NCBI GenBank assembly: GCA_045596105.1
Contig: JAZOBR010000032.1
Span: 1-32,526 of the forward strand
Direction of reading: 5' to 3'
DNA from: Candidatus Ornithomonoglobus sp.
Lineage (GTDB): Bacteria > Bacillota > Clostridia > UBA1381
DNA length: 32,526 bases
Shown here: positions 17,375 to 26,940 of the stretch, in pieces
How the letters are laid out: every line of letters starts with the position of its first letter
Position numbering within the stretch: position 1 is the stretch's first letter
Made by a program: the position numbers and the translations under genes
The notes under the pieces: model-generated
Told to the model about the DNA's origin: nothing
The model's input: the letters and a program-made list of their open reading frames with translations, nothing else
The model's database searches: none

Positions 17375-17403
17375 ATTTTACTATAAAACATAAGCATTAT
17401 CAA
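17375..17403 (-). promoter_or_regulatory. Putative sigma-A promoter of an orphan small transcription unit
   Basis: The minus strand reads TTGATA (17398-17403), a 17-nt spacer, then TAAAAT (17375-17380). It lies immediately downstream of the metG terminator and points toward the long hairpin. Confidence 0.45.
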
Positions 17404-17421
17404 TGTAGCCGTTGGATGCTA

Positions 17422-17458
17422 TGTAAAAACCATCCTGGTCTATAGACCAGGATGGTTT
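17422..17458 (-). terminator. Rho-independent terminator of metG
   Basis: A 14-bp stem AAACCATCCTGGTC-TATA-GACCAGGATGGTTT starts 3 nt after the metG stop, with a U-run on the minus strand. Confidence 0.85.
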
Positions 17459-17461
17459 AAA

Positions 17462-19390
17462 TTATACTATCTCTGCACCTGATTGAACATCCTTCAGGGT
17501 TGTCAATACTGTCAGGTTGCCCTCATGCTCGGCTGACAGAATCATACCATGAGACTCAAGTCCCATCATCTTTCTCGGCTTAAGGTTTGCGATAAATACC
17601 ACATTCTTGCCAATAAGCTCGTCAGGGTTATGGAATTCTGAAATGCCTGATAGAATCTGGCGCTTTTCTGCTCCTACCTCAAGAGTGAATCTCAATAGCT
17701 TCTTTGACTTCGGAACAGGCTCACACTCCAATACCTTACCTACTCTTATGTCAAGCTTCTCCCACTCCTCGAACTCAATATAGTCCTTGAAGGGTGCAAT
17801 TTCAACCTGAGACTCACTATTAGCTTCCATCTCCTGCGCCAACTCCTCAAGCTTCTTGTCCACATCAATTCTTGCAAACAATACCTCTGCGGCACCGACC
17901 TTTGCACCTGACTTTGTTATGCCAAAATTAGCAGCATTGTCGTATGACAGGTCCTCTGCACCAATCTGCTCTGCAATCCTCTTTGAGGTTTCGGGCATAT
18001 AGGGCGACAATAGTGATGCAATGATACGGATTGCCTCAATAAGGTTATACAATACCGTACCAAGTCTCGGCATTGTTGCCTCGTCCTTTGCCAATACCCA
18101 GGGTGTTGTTTCGTCAATATACTTGTTTGCACGATTTACAACCTTCCAGATTTCATCTAAGCTGTCTGCAACATGGTAGGTCTCCATCTTCTTCTCCATA
18201 TTTGCCATAGCTCCTGTTGCAACTGCCTTCAAATCATCGTCAAACTCACCCGCTACATCACCTGACTGCAATACTCCGTCAAAATACTTGTTCACCATTG
18301 AGACAGTTCTTGTTACAAGGTTACCCAGAGTGTTTGCAAGGTCACTGTTATAACGGCTTATGAACACATCATAGGTTATTGTACCATCCTGTGCATAGGG
18401 CATCTCGTGAAGCATATAGTATCTCACCGCATCAACGCCAAAGTGACGAACAAGGTCGTTTGCATAAATCACGTTACCGCGTGACTTACTCATCTTCTCC
18501 TCACCGAAAAGCATCCACGGATGACCAAATACCTGCTTCGGCAGAGGCTCTCCCAATGCCATTAACATAATGGGCCAATAGATTGTGTGGAATCTTAAAA
18601 TGTCCTTACCAATGATATGCACATTTGCAGGCCAATACTTCTCATATAGCTCACCCTTCTCATCTACTGAATAGTCAAGGGCGGTGATATAGTTTGACAA
18701 AGCGTCAATCCATACATAGATTACGTGACCGGGGTCAAACTCAACGGGGATACCCCATGTGAAGCTTGTTCTTGACACGCACAAATCCTGCAAGCCCGGT
18801 TTGATAAAGTTATTAAGCATTTCGTTCTTGCGTGACTCAGGCTGAATGAAAGTAGGATTCTCCTCAATGTAGTCCTCCAGCTGCTTCTGGTACTTTGACA
18901 TTTTGAAGAAGTATGCCTCCTCCTTTGTCTTTTGCACTGGTCTGCCACAGTCGGGGCAACAACCATCCTTGAGCTGTGTCTGTGTCCAGAATGACTCACA
19001 GGGTGTGCAATAAAGTCCCTCATACTCACTCTTGTAAATATCACCCTGGTCATAAAGCTTCTTGAATATCTTCTGAACTGCCTTCTCATGATGGGCATCG
19101 GTTGTTCTTATAAAGCCGTCATAGCTCACATTAAGCATATCTGCAATGTCGCGGATTTCTCCTGCGATCTTGTCAACGTGCTCCTTCGGGGTTATGCCTG
19201 CCTCCTCTGCAATTTCCTGAATCTTCTGCCCATGCTCATCTGTACCTGTCAGGAAATATACGTCCTTTCCAATATATCTCATATGTCTCGCAATGGCATC
19301 TGACAACACAATTTCATAAGTGTTGCCGATATGCGGAGTCTTTGACGTGTACGCAATGGCTGTGGTTAAATAGAATTTTTCCTTTTCCAT
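17462..19390 (-). CDS. metG: Methionine--tRNA ligase with a C-terminal tRNA-binding (Trbp111/EMAP-like) domain
   Basis: The HIGH-type motif (TPHIGNTYE), KMSKS (EEKMSKSRGN) and the zinc knuckles CTPCESF...CPDCG are present. A C-terminal OB-fold is also present (DIRVGKVLECEPVPKSKKLLRFTLEVG). Confidence 0.95.
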   Translation of the reverse strand: MEKEKFYLTTAIAYTSKTPHIGNTYEIVLSDAIARHMRYIGKDVYFLTGTDEHGQKIQEIAEEAGITPKEHVDKIAGEIRDIADMLNVSYDGFIRTTDAHHEKAVQKIFKKLYDQGDIYKSEYEGLYCTPCESFWTQTQLKDGCCPDCGRPVQKTKEEAYFFKMSKYQKQLEDYIEENPTFIQPESRKNEMLNNFIKPGLQDLCVSRTSFTWGIPVEFDPGHVIYVWIDALSNYITALDYSVDEKGELYEKYWPANVHIIGKDILRFHTIYWPIMLMALGEPLPKQVFGHPWMLFGEEKMSKSRGNVIYANDLVRHFGVDAVRYYMLHEMPYAQDGTITYDVFISRYNSDLANTLGNLVTRTVSMVNKYFDGVLQSGDVAGEFDDDLKAVATGAMANMEKKMETYHVADSLDEIWKVVNRANKYIDETTPWVLAKDEATMPRLGTVLYNLIEAIRIIASLLSPYMPETSKRIAEQIGAEDLSYDNAANFGITKSGAKVGAAEVLFARIDVDKKLEELAQEMEANSESQVEIAPFKDYIEFEEWEKLDIRVGKVLECEPVPKSKKLLRFTLEVGAEKRQILSGISEFHNPDELIGKNVVFIANLKPRKMMGLESHGMILSAEHEGNLTVLTTLKDVQSGAEIV

Positions 19391-19403
19391 ATATCTTTAC
19401 TCC

Positions 19404-20570
19404 TTATTTTATAATCTCGTTGAGATAATTTCCAAATATCTTAATTTCCTTTATCATAAAGCCCCATAACTGCTTTATCATTCTGATTGGGGTATTGAAA
19501 AGTCCGACCTTGTACAGGCTTATTATAAGCATCAGTAGCAAGGGGCCTGTGATAAGTCCTATAATACCCCAGAACTTGTAGCCGATATACATCGCAACAA
19601 GTGTCAACAACGGACTTACGCCAATCTTGTCACTAACAAGCTTTGGCTCAATAAATCTTCGCAACAGCATTATTACGAAGTAGGTTGCGATATAGACGAT
19701 ACCCAGAACGATGTTTGAGTCTATGAAGTATACCACCGCCATAGGCCACAATACTATTCCGCTTCCAAAGAAGGGCAATGCATCCAAAAATGCCGTAATG
19801 GCCGCTATCAGCACCGCATAGGGTGCATTTGCAATAGATAGCACAATCAATATAACAAAAAAATTTATAAGCATCAATATAGCCTGTGCCTTGACATAGC
19901 CACCGAGGTATGTTTTGCATTGGTGCTTTATTTCATTGAGCTTTGATACTACCTTCTTACCAAGGACCTTGTGCATAAGCTCTGTTACCGTACTCTTCTG
20001 GGTTACCATAAAGTACATTGACAAAATAAACATTACCGTCCAGATTAGTCCCGGTGCTAATGATTTACCCACACGCTGTGCCACATCCACAACAGGAATG
20101 TTCTGCACAAATGCTATGCTTTCTCTGTAAATGTTTGACCATGCATTGTCAACTGCGGTTTTGACCGCATCAGGCATAGAGAAATATAAGCCGCTCCAAT
20201 TGTCAACCACGTTCTGCCAATTATGTCTCAGTATTCTCAACATTGCAGGCCAGTTTGAAATTAAGTTCCTGATTTCGTCATATAGCTTGTAGCCGAGAAG
20301 TCCCACAACTGCGAACAGGACTGCGACCGCAAGTGTGATTACCAATATCGCAGAAATTCCTCTGGGAATTTTGAGTTTTTTCTGTAGCTTGTCCGCCAGT
20401 GGGTTTATGCATCGTGCAACGATGTAACCAAACACAAATGGTGAAGCCAAACCAAATAGGTACAGGATTGCTCGAATAGCCGACGGTCCAAAAAACCATA
20501 CCGCAAGGACAAATGCCACAACGGACACAAGGACTATCAGCACCTTTTTAACATTCTCCTTTATTACCAT
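19404..20570 (-). CDS. AI-2E family transporter / YtvI-like sporulation integral membrane protein
   Basis: This is a 388-aa polytopic membrane protein with ~8 TM helices and the PerM/YtvI-like layout. The GAGGTG SD is 6 nt upstream. The family is assigned by pattern only. Confidence 0.65.
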   Translation of the reverse strand: MVIKENVKKVLIVLVSVVAFVLAVWFFGPSAIRAILYLFGLASPFVFGYIVARCINPLADKLQKKLKIPRGISAILVITLAVAVLFAVVGLLGYKLYDEIRNLISNWPAMLRILRHNWQNVVDNWSGLYFSMPDAVKTAVDNAWSNIYRESIAFVQNIPVVDVAQRVGKSLAPGLIWTVMFILSMYFMVTQKSTVTELMHKVLGKKVVSKLNEIKHQCKTYLGGYVKAQAILMLINFFVILIVLSIANAPYAVLIAAITAFLDALPFFGSGIVLWPMAVVYFIDSNIVLGIVYIATYFVIMLLRRFIEPKLVSDKIGVSPLLTLVAMYIGYKFWGIIGLITGPLLLMLIISLYKVGLFNTPIRMIKQLWGFMIKEIKIFGNYLNEIIK

Positions 20571-20593
20571 ATCATCACCTCTGAATTTTCAGA

Positions 20594-21805
20594 TTATTTG
20601 CCAAGAAACTTATCCATTAGTGTGTAACCCTCTTCAATATAGACTCCTGTTGCCTCACCGTTTTTCTCAGTGTATGCAAGGCCAGAACCGCCCTCAGTCT
20701 TCGTTGAATCATAGATTACATACGGCACAGGGTCACTTACGTGTGTCTTTAGTGAAATGGGTGTGGGATGGTCGGGCATAATTAGCATCTTATAGTCAAT
20801 GCCGCGCTTTTCAAGCTCGTCCTTGAGGTACTTAACGATTACCTCGTCAATGGTCTCAACAGCTTCCTTCTTTTTCTCAGGCTTACCCTGGTGTCCCATC
20901 TCGTCGGGAGCTTCCATATGAAGATACAGGAAATCGTGACCATCAAGCAATGCCTTCAGGCCTGCCTCTGCCTTACCCTTCCAGTTAGTCTCGCAGTTAC
21001 CTGTTGCGCCCTCAACATCTATTGATGTCATACCTGCACACTTTGCGATACCCTTTATCAAATCAACGGCGGAAATTACTGCACCCTTAACGCCATACTT
21101 CTCATAAAAATTGTCAACGGATGGCTTTGTTCCCTCACCCCATACCCAGATTGAGTTTGCAGGGTTAAGTCCACGCTCCACTCGTGACTTGTTTACGGGA
21201 TGGTTTGACAAAATATCTACCGACTTTTTCATCATTTCATACAGCTTTTCTGCACCATCTCCCTTTGGCAGATATTCACCAACGCATCTGTCGGAAATAT
21301 CGTGGGGGGGTGTCAGGTCAACATTTGTTGAGCCTCCATCCCATACGCACAGATGACGGTAGCTGATACCGGGATAGAACTTGATTATATCTGTGTCAAG
21401 CTCCTTTGCTATAGCCTTCATAAGCTCTGTTGACTCCTCTGTTGTTATCTCTCCCGAGGAATAGTCAACCATTGTCTTCTTTTCATAATCAGCCTCGTCT
21501 GACAATGTTACAAGGTTTGTTCTGAAGGTAACATCACTGTCCTTCATCTCAACTCCTATTGATGCCGCCTCAAGGGGGGAACGGCCTGTGTAGCACTTCT
21601 TGGTGTCATAACCCATTACCGATAGGTTTGCAACGTCCGAGCCGGGCTTCATTCCGTCCTGGACGGTTTTGCACATGCCAAGCTCACCATGGCGTGACAT
21701 ATAGTCGATTGTAGGCTTTTTTGCAACCCCAAGAATTGTCTTGCCATCAAAAAAATCAAGGGGGTAATCCGCCATTCCGTCTCCTAAAATTACGATGTAC
21801 TTCAT
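20594..21805 (-). CDS. apgM: Cofactor-independent phosphoglycerate mutase, archaeal-type (ApgM family)
   Basis: It has the N-terminus MKYIVILGDGMADYP, a metalloenzyme-superfamily pattern (HMEAPDEMGHQG, MPDHPTP) and a length of ~400 aa. Confidence 0.82.
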   Translation of the reverse strand: MKYIVILGDGMADYPLDFFDGKTILGVAKKPTIDYMSRHGELGMCKTVQDGMKPGSDVANLSVMGYDTKKCYTGRSPLEAASIGVEMKDSDVTFRTNLVTLSDEADYEKKTMVDYSSGEITTEESTELMKAIAKELDTDIIKFYPGISYRHLCVWDGGSTNVDLTPPHDISDRCVGEYLPKGDGAEKLYEMMKKSVDILSNHPVNKSRVERGLNPANSIWVWGEGTKPSVDNFYEKYGVKGAVISAVDLIKGIAKCAGMTSIDVEGATGNCETNWKGKAEAGLKALLDGHDFLYLHMEAPDEMGHQGKPEKKKEAVETIDEVIVKYLKDELEKRGIDYKMLIMPDHPTPISLKTHVSDPVPYVIYDSTKTEGGSGLAYTEKNGEATGVYIEEGYTLMDKFLGK

Positions 21806-21817
21806 ATCTATCTCTCC

Positions 21818-22315
21818 TTACCAATGGAATTTTGTCAGTTGTCCTAAATTTTTGAGGTTTTCAAAGCCAACCTGTCGCATTGCCTCATACACGATTATGG
21901 CAACGGAGTTTGATAGGTTAAGGCTTCGGGCATCCTCTATCATGGGTATTCTTATGCAACGCTCCTCGTTTTTATATAGCATCTCCTCAGGAAGCCCTGC
22001 ATCCTCACGACCGAACAAAATATAGTCGTTATCACGATACTCAATCTCTGTATATGTGTGGGGCGCCTTTGTGGTGGCGTAGTGATACCTCACATCTCGG
22101 GATGCGGTTTTCTTAAAAAAATCCTCCAACCCGTCATAGTATTGAACATTGAGATACTGCCAATAGTCAAGACCTGCCCGTTTTAGCTTCTTATCGTCTA
22201 TTTCAAATGCCATAGGACGTACTATATGAAGACCGCAGCCTGTTGCGGCACAGGTCCTTGCAATATTGCCCGTATTCTGGGGAATTCTCGGCTCTACCAG
22301 AACCACATTAAACAT
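21818..22315 (-). CDS. trmL: tRNA (cytidine/uridine-34-2'-O)-methyltransferase TrmL (SpoU/TrmH family)
   Basis: 165 aa. VVLVEPRIPQNTGNIARTCAATG and LFGREDAGLP are SPOUT motifs characteristic of TrmL/YibK. Confidence 0.85.
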   Translation of the reverse strand: MFNVVLVEPRIPQNTGNIARTCAATGCGLHIVRPMAFEIDDKKLKRAGLDYWQYLNVQYYDGLEDFFKKTASRDVRYHYATTKAPHTYTEIEYRDNDYILFGREDAGLPEEMLYKNEERCIRIPMIEDARSLNLSNSVAIIVYEAMRQVGFENLKNLGQLTKFHW

Positions 22316-22357
22316 CTATGTCACCCTCACTAAAAATAGTTAAATTTATACATGGTA

Positions 22358-22386
22358 ATTATAACACATAATTACGGCGTTTTCAA
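22358..22386 (-). promoter_or_regulatory. Putative sigma-A promoter for the trmL-apgM-ytvI-metG operon
   Basis: The minus strand reads TTGAAA (22381-22386), a 17-nt spacer, then TATAAT (22358-22363), ~40 nt upstream of trmL. Confidence 0.55.
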
Positions 22387-22398
22387 CCCTATAATGTG

Positions 22399-22423
22399 AA
22401 AAAACGACGGTATCGCCGCCGTT
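22399..22423 (-). terminator. Rho-independent terminator ending the glycogen cluster
   Basis: The minus-strand RNA ACGGCGG-CGAUA-CCGUCGU is followed by a U-run, directly after the GH13 stop codon. Confidence 0.7.
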
Positions 22424-24346
22424 TTATTCACATTCATATACCGTTACACCATAGCCCGGAGCCTTGACAAAGAATATACCGTCTACCGATGTGTAGTCAC
22501 ATCCGCCATAGATACCCTCTTTATATCTCAGCGTCCTTGCGCCATATCTTGCAATATCAATTCGGATGTCCGTGTCGTTACCATCAAAATTTGCCACCAC
22601 GAGATACTTGGCCTCTCGCATATAGCCATAAGCTTTACCGAGCTTATATACGCTCTCAAAATTGCCTGTGGTAAATGCTTCGTCACTTTTCCTCAGGGCA
22701 ATAAACCTCTTCATAAAGCTCCGCATTGCCTGATATCCATCATCGTCTACCCTGTCCCAAGGGAAGCACATTCTTGTGAAGGGGTCGCCGTAACCCTCAA
22801 TACCAAGCTCATCACCATAAAATATTGATGGTGCCCCCGGCATGGTAAGCACCATTCCCCACACTAGCTTTGTCCGTTTTATTGCAAGCTCACGCTGACT
22901 GTCGGTCAGCCTGAAGCACGCCTGAAAATCTCTGTCAACCTCGTGGCGGGTAGGTGCGCCCGACATAAGCGTTACGATTCTTTCCGTATCGTGGGATGAA
23001 ATTATATTGAGCAATGCCTCATGAGAGCATTTCGGGTAATTCTCCATAAGACTCATTATTCTTCGGTCAAATTCCATCGCATCAATATACCCTAACGCTC
23101 CGTCTATCAATGTCGTACGCAGGGGGTAATTCATTACAGAGTCAAGCTCACCGCCCAAGAAATACTCTCGACGCTCATCGTATGCAACCTTGTTTGATGC
23201 ATCCTCCCAGACCTCACCTACGATTACCGCATCAGGCTCAACAGACTTTACCGCCTCGCGAAGCTCCTTTACAAAGAAGTCGGGAAGTTCGTCTACCACA
23301 TCAAGTCTCCAGCCTGATGCACCAAGACGAATCCACTTTTTCACAATTGAATTTTCACCTGTTATCAAGTATTCCCTTAACTGCAGATTTTCCTCTGCAA
23401 GCTGTGGCAGTGTCTTCATCCCCCACCAGCTTTCATACTCGTCGGGGTAGCTTGAAAATCTGTACCAGGGGTAGTATTCCGAAGCCTCGGACTGATATGC
23501 ACCCACTGTGTCATATCTGCCGTAGCGGTTAAAGTACATACTATCGTCACCTGTATGGTTGAACACACCGTCTAATATTATACGGATGCCTCGTTTTCCA
23601 GCCTCTCTGCAAAGAGCCTTGAAGGTCTCCTCATCACCAAACATCTCGTCAATTTCCTCGTATGAGCCTGTGTCATACTTATGGTTTGAGGATGCCTTGA
23701 AAATGGGGTTAAGGTAAATCACCGTCACGCCCAAATCCTCCAGGTAGGGTAGCTTTTTAATTATTCCCAACAGATTTCCACCAAAGAAATCGTTTGCCTT
23801 GTACTCTCCGCCAAACTGCTCCGCCTTGTGGAAGGGGGTATCTCCCCAGCTACGCTTTATAATATCTGTGCGGTTGCCAAGAAATTCACCTGAGGGGTTG
23901 CCGTTATAGAATCTATCGGGGAAAATCTGATACACTATGGCATTCTTAAACCAATCGGGGGTGCTGTAATCCTCACTATAGACGGTTATCTGGAACTTCT
24001 TTGCAGGGGTGTCCTGATATACTGCACCCACACCGCCCAGAAGCTCGGGGTTATTGCCGTAATAGGCAGTTCCGTTATCAGTTACCACCTCAAAGTGATA
24101 CCACAAAAGGGCAGGTGTTTCTCCCACATTGATTTTAGCCTCATATATGCTTGCATCCTGGACAGAGAAAACATACGCCATATCCACACGTGTGGCATCC
24201 TTACCGTCAGGGGTTATTACCACCCTTACACTATGGGGCATACCGCCGTTACGGACAGACAATCGAAGCTGTATCTCACTGCCTGTGGTCACCGCACCAA
24301 AGGGCGTGCGGTAAAACGCCGTTTGGGAATTATGCTCTATATGCAT
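22424..24346 (-). CDS. Glycoside hydrolase family 13 alpha-glucosidase (neopullulanase/cyclomaltodextrinase-like, with an N-terminal beta domain)
   Basis: All four GH13 conserved regions are present: I (ILDGVFNHTG), II (GWRLDVVDE), III (IVGEVWED) and IV (ISSHDTER). The ATG at 24346 sits 7 nt after AAGGAA. The ORF-track start at 24370 is a TTG with no SD spacing. Confidence 0.88.
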   Translation of the reverse strand: MHIEHNSQTAFYRTPFGAVTTGSEIQLRLSVRNGGMPHSVRVVITPDGKDATRVDMAYVFSVQDASIYEAKINVGETPALLWYHFEVVTDNGTAYYGNNPELLGGVGAVYQDTPAKKFQITVYSEDYSTPDWFKNAIVYQIFPDRFYNGNPSGEFLGNRTDIIKRSWGDTPFHKAEQFGGEYKANDFFGGNLLGIIKKLPYLEDLGVTVIYLNPIFKASSNHKYDTGSYEEIDEMFGDEETFKALCREAGKRGIRIILDGVFNHTGDDSMYFNRYGRYDTVGAYQSEASEYYPWYRFSSYPDEYESWWGMKTLPQLAEENLQLREYLITGENSIVKKWIRLGASGWRLDVVDELPDFFVKELREAVKSVEPDAVIVGEVWEDASNKVAYDERREYFLGGELDSVMNYPLRTTLIDGALGYIDAMEFDRRIMSLMENYPKCSHEALLNIISSHDTERIVTLMSGAPTRHEVDRDFQACFRLTDSQRELAIKRTKLVWGMVLTMPGAPSIFYGDELGIEGYGDPFTRMCFPWDRVDDDGYQAMRSFMKRFIALRKSDEAFTTGNFESVYKLGKAYGYMREAKYLVVANFDGNDTDIRIDIARYGARTLRYKEGIYGGCDYTSVDGIFFVKAPGYGVTVYECE

Positions 24347-24400
24347 AAATTCTTTCCTTTCATACTCCAAAAATCCTTTTTACAGGGGTTTTTGAGTGTC

Positions 24401-26869
24401 TTATTTAATAGGCGTCAAGTGCCAGATTTCATCATTGTACTGATTGATTGTACGGTCAGACGAGAAGAAGCCTGCCATTGCAGTATTCATAATCTGCTTC
24501 TTTATCCATGACTTGCGGTCTTGATAATCTCTTGAGATTCTCTCGTGAGTTGCCACATAGTCCTCAAAATCACGAAGCACCATATATGTGTCAGCATAGC
24601 CGTAATCACCAAACAGAAGTGTGTTATACAAATCCATAAACATATTGGTGTTACCCTCAACAATACTACCGTTAATAAGCTGCTCCAAGGCACATCTCAG
24701 GTGTGCATTTGTAGCGTAGATGTTCTTAACCTCGCCATTGCCCATAACCTTAAGTCTTGCATCAACCTCGTCTGAACGCAAGCCGAAAATGTAGATGTTG
24801 TCATCACCAACCTGCTCATACATCTCAACGTTCGCACCATCCATTGTACCGATTGTAACGGCACCGTTAAGCATAAACTTCATATTACCTGTACCTGATG
24901 CTTCCTTACCTGCAGTTGAAATCTGTTCTGATACATCCGCCGCAGTAACAAGCTTTTCTGCGATTGATACGCCGTAGTTCTCAATAAAAATAACCTTAAT
25001 CTTATCTTTGACCCGACTATCGTTATTTATCATCTCACCTACAGAATTAATAAGCTTAATGATAAGCTTTGCTCTCTTATAGCCGGGAGCCGCCTTTGCA
25101 CCAAAGATATATGTCTTGGGATAGTAGCTCTCAGCATAGCTTGTATCTGTAAGAAGTCTGTTATATTCCACTAAAATGTGAAGCACGTTCATCATCTGAC
25201 GCTTATACTCGTGCAGACGCTTACACTGTACATCAAAGATTGAATCAGGGTTAACCTTAACGCCGTTATGCTCAAGAATATAATCCGCAACCATCTTCTT
25301 GTTGTCACGCTTAATCTTATCAAACTTCTTCTGGAATGTCTCATCCTCCGCATACATTGCCAATTCTGAAAGCTTATCCGCATCCTTAAGCCAGCCCTTG
25401 CCGATTGTCTTGTCAATCAGGGCTGTAAGCTCGGGGTTACAGTTTGCAATCCATCTACGGAAGCTTATACCGTTTGTAATCGCGTGGAAACGGTCCTTAT
25501 CCATCAGGTAGTAATCGCGGAAAATATCCTGCTTCAATATCTCTGTGTGAAGCTGTGATACACCGTTTACCGCAAAGCAGCTTGCAAGACAGGTGTTTGA
25601 CATAGAAACCTGACCGTTTGAAAGGATTGCCATATAGTCATGCTTCGGCTTATCACCCGGATAGAACGCCTCCACTCTTTCAAGCAATCTGCGGTTCATT
25701 TCCTCTAAAATCATATATAGTCTGGGTACAACTCTGCGGAACATATCCTCTGACCACTTCTCCAACGCCTCACTCATTACTGTGTGGTTGGTGTATGCAA
25801 ATACATGAGTTACAATGTCCCATGCCTCATCCCAGCCAAGACTCTTTTCGTCCATAAGAATTCGCATAAGCTCAGGGATTGCCATAGTGGGATGTGTATC
25901 GTTAATATGAATTACCACCTTGTCAGGTAGCTTTGCCCAATTATCACCGTTCCTCTGCTCAAATTCCTTCAATATCCACTGCAGTGTTGCCGATACCAGG
26001 AAGTACTGCTGCTTTAAGCGTAGCTCCTTACCCTCTGTATGGTTATCCTCGGGATACAATACCTTTGAAATAACCGATGCAAGCTCCTTCTCTTCAATAG
26101 CTCGCGAATAGTCACCTGAATTGAAGGCATGCATATTAAACTCTGATGATGACTGTGCATCCCAAAGTCTCAGCTTGTTGACAATCTTTGAGTCATAACC
26201 GCATAGGGGTACATCATAGGGTACAGCCATGACTGTTCTCTCATTCTCGTATGAGATTTTCATTTTGCCGTCTTCCCAATATGTGTTTACATTACCGCCA
26301 AAGGAAACCTTTACTGCCTCCTCAGGGCGAGCAACCTCCCACGCATTGCCATGCTCAAGCCATGTATCAGGCAGCTCTGTCTGGTAACCGTCAACGATTT
26401 TCTGACGGAACAAGCCGTACTCATAACGAAGTGTACAGCCATATGCAGGAAGGTCAAGGGTTGTCAGTGAATCGATAAAGCACGCCGCAAGACGGCCAAG
26501 ACCACCGTTGCCTAAGCCTGCATCATTTTCATTCTCTGCAATATCGAGAAATTCGTAGCCCATATCTTTCAATACAACCTTATAATCCTCTGTCTGTATA
26601 AGGTTCAGGATGTTAGTTGACAGAAGTCTGCCCATCAAAAACTCAAATGACAGGTAGTAAAGCTTCTTTGAGCCTTTATTCTTTACCTGACGATGTGACT
26701 CTGCCCATCTCTCCATAATCCTATCACGCACTGTCAATGCACAGGCTGAATAAATCATATAGGGAGTTGCTTCCTCCATAACCTTTCCGAAATGACGGTT
26801 TACCTTACCGATAATTTCTTTCTTCAGAGCCTCCTGCTCTGTTGTCAATTTCTTCTTTGTTTCTGCCAT
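24401..26869 (-). CDS. glgP: Glycogen/maltodextrin phosphorylase
   Basis: 822 aa. The PLP-lysine signature EASGTGNMKFMLNGA is present, and conserved GT35 blocks occur throughout. Confidence 0.95.
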   Translation of the reverse strand: MAETKKKLTTEQEALKKEIIGKVNRHFGKVMEEATPYMIYSACALTVRDRIMERWAESHRQVKNKGSKKLYYLSFEFLMGRLLSTNILNLIQTEDYKVVLKDMGYEFLDIAENENDAGLGNGGLGRLAACFIDSLTTLDLPAYGCTLRYEYGLFRQKIVDGYQTELPDTWLEHGNAWEVARPEEAVKVSFGGNVNTYWEDGKMKISYENERTVMAVPYDVPLCGYDSKIVNKLRLWDAQSSSEFNMHAFNSGDYSRAIEEKELASVISKVLYPEDNHTEGKELRLKQQYFLVSATLQWILKEFEQRNGDNWAKLPDKVVIHINDTHPTMAIPELMRILMDEKSLGWDEAWDIVTHVFAYTNHTVMSEALEKWSEDMFRRVVPRLYMILEEMNRRLLERVEAFYPGDKPKHDYMAILSNGQVSMSNTCLASCFAVNGVSQLHTEILKQDIFRDYYLMDKDRFHAITNGISFRRWIANCNPELTALIDKTIGKGWLKDADKLSELAMYAEDETFQKKFDKIKRDNKKMVADYILEHNGVKVNPDSIFDVQCKRLHEYKRQMMNVLHILVEYNRLLTDTSYAESYYPKTYIFGAKAAPGYKRAKLIIKLINSVGEMINNDSRVKDKIKVIFIENYGVSIAEKLVTAADVSEQISTAGKEASGTGNMKFMLNGAVTIGTMDGANVEMYEQVGDDNIYIFGLRSDEVDARLKVMGNGEVKNIYATNAHLRCALEQLINGSIVEGNTNMFMDLYNTLLFGDYGYADTYMVLRDFEDYVATHERISRDYQDRKSWIKKQIMNTAMAGFFSSDRTINQYNDEIWHLTPIK

Positions 26870-26940
26870 TAATTATATCTCTCTTTCCACACCCTCTCTC
26901 GAGGGGTAATCTTTCTCCCTTTCGGGATTATTTAAACAGA

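Noticed and set aside
17236-17445. 69-aa plus-strand ORF in the mscL/metG gap
   Set aside because: It starts at TTG with no SD and lies downstream of the mscL terminator hairpin. It runs into the metG terminator stem, and its peptide has no recognisable features.
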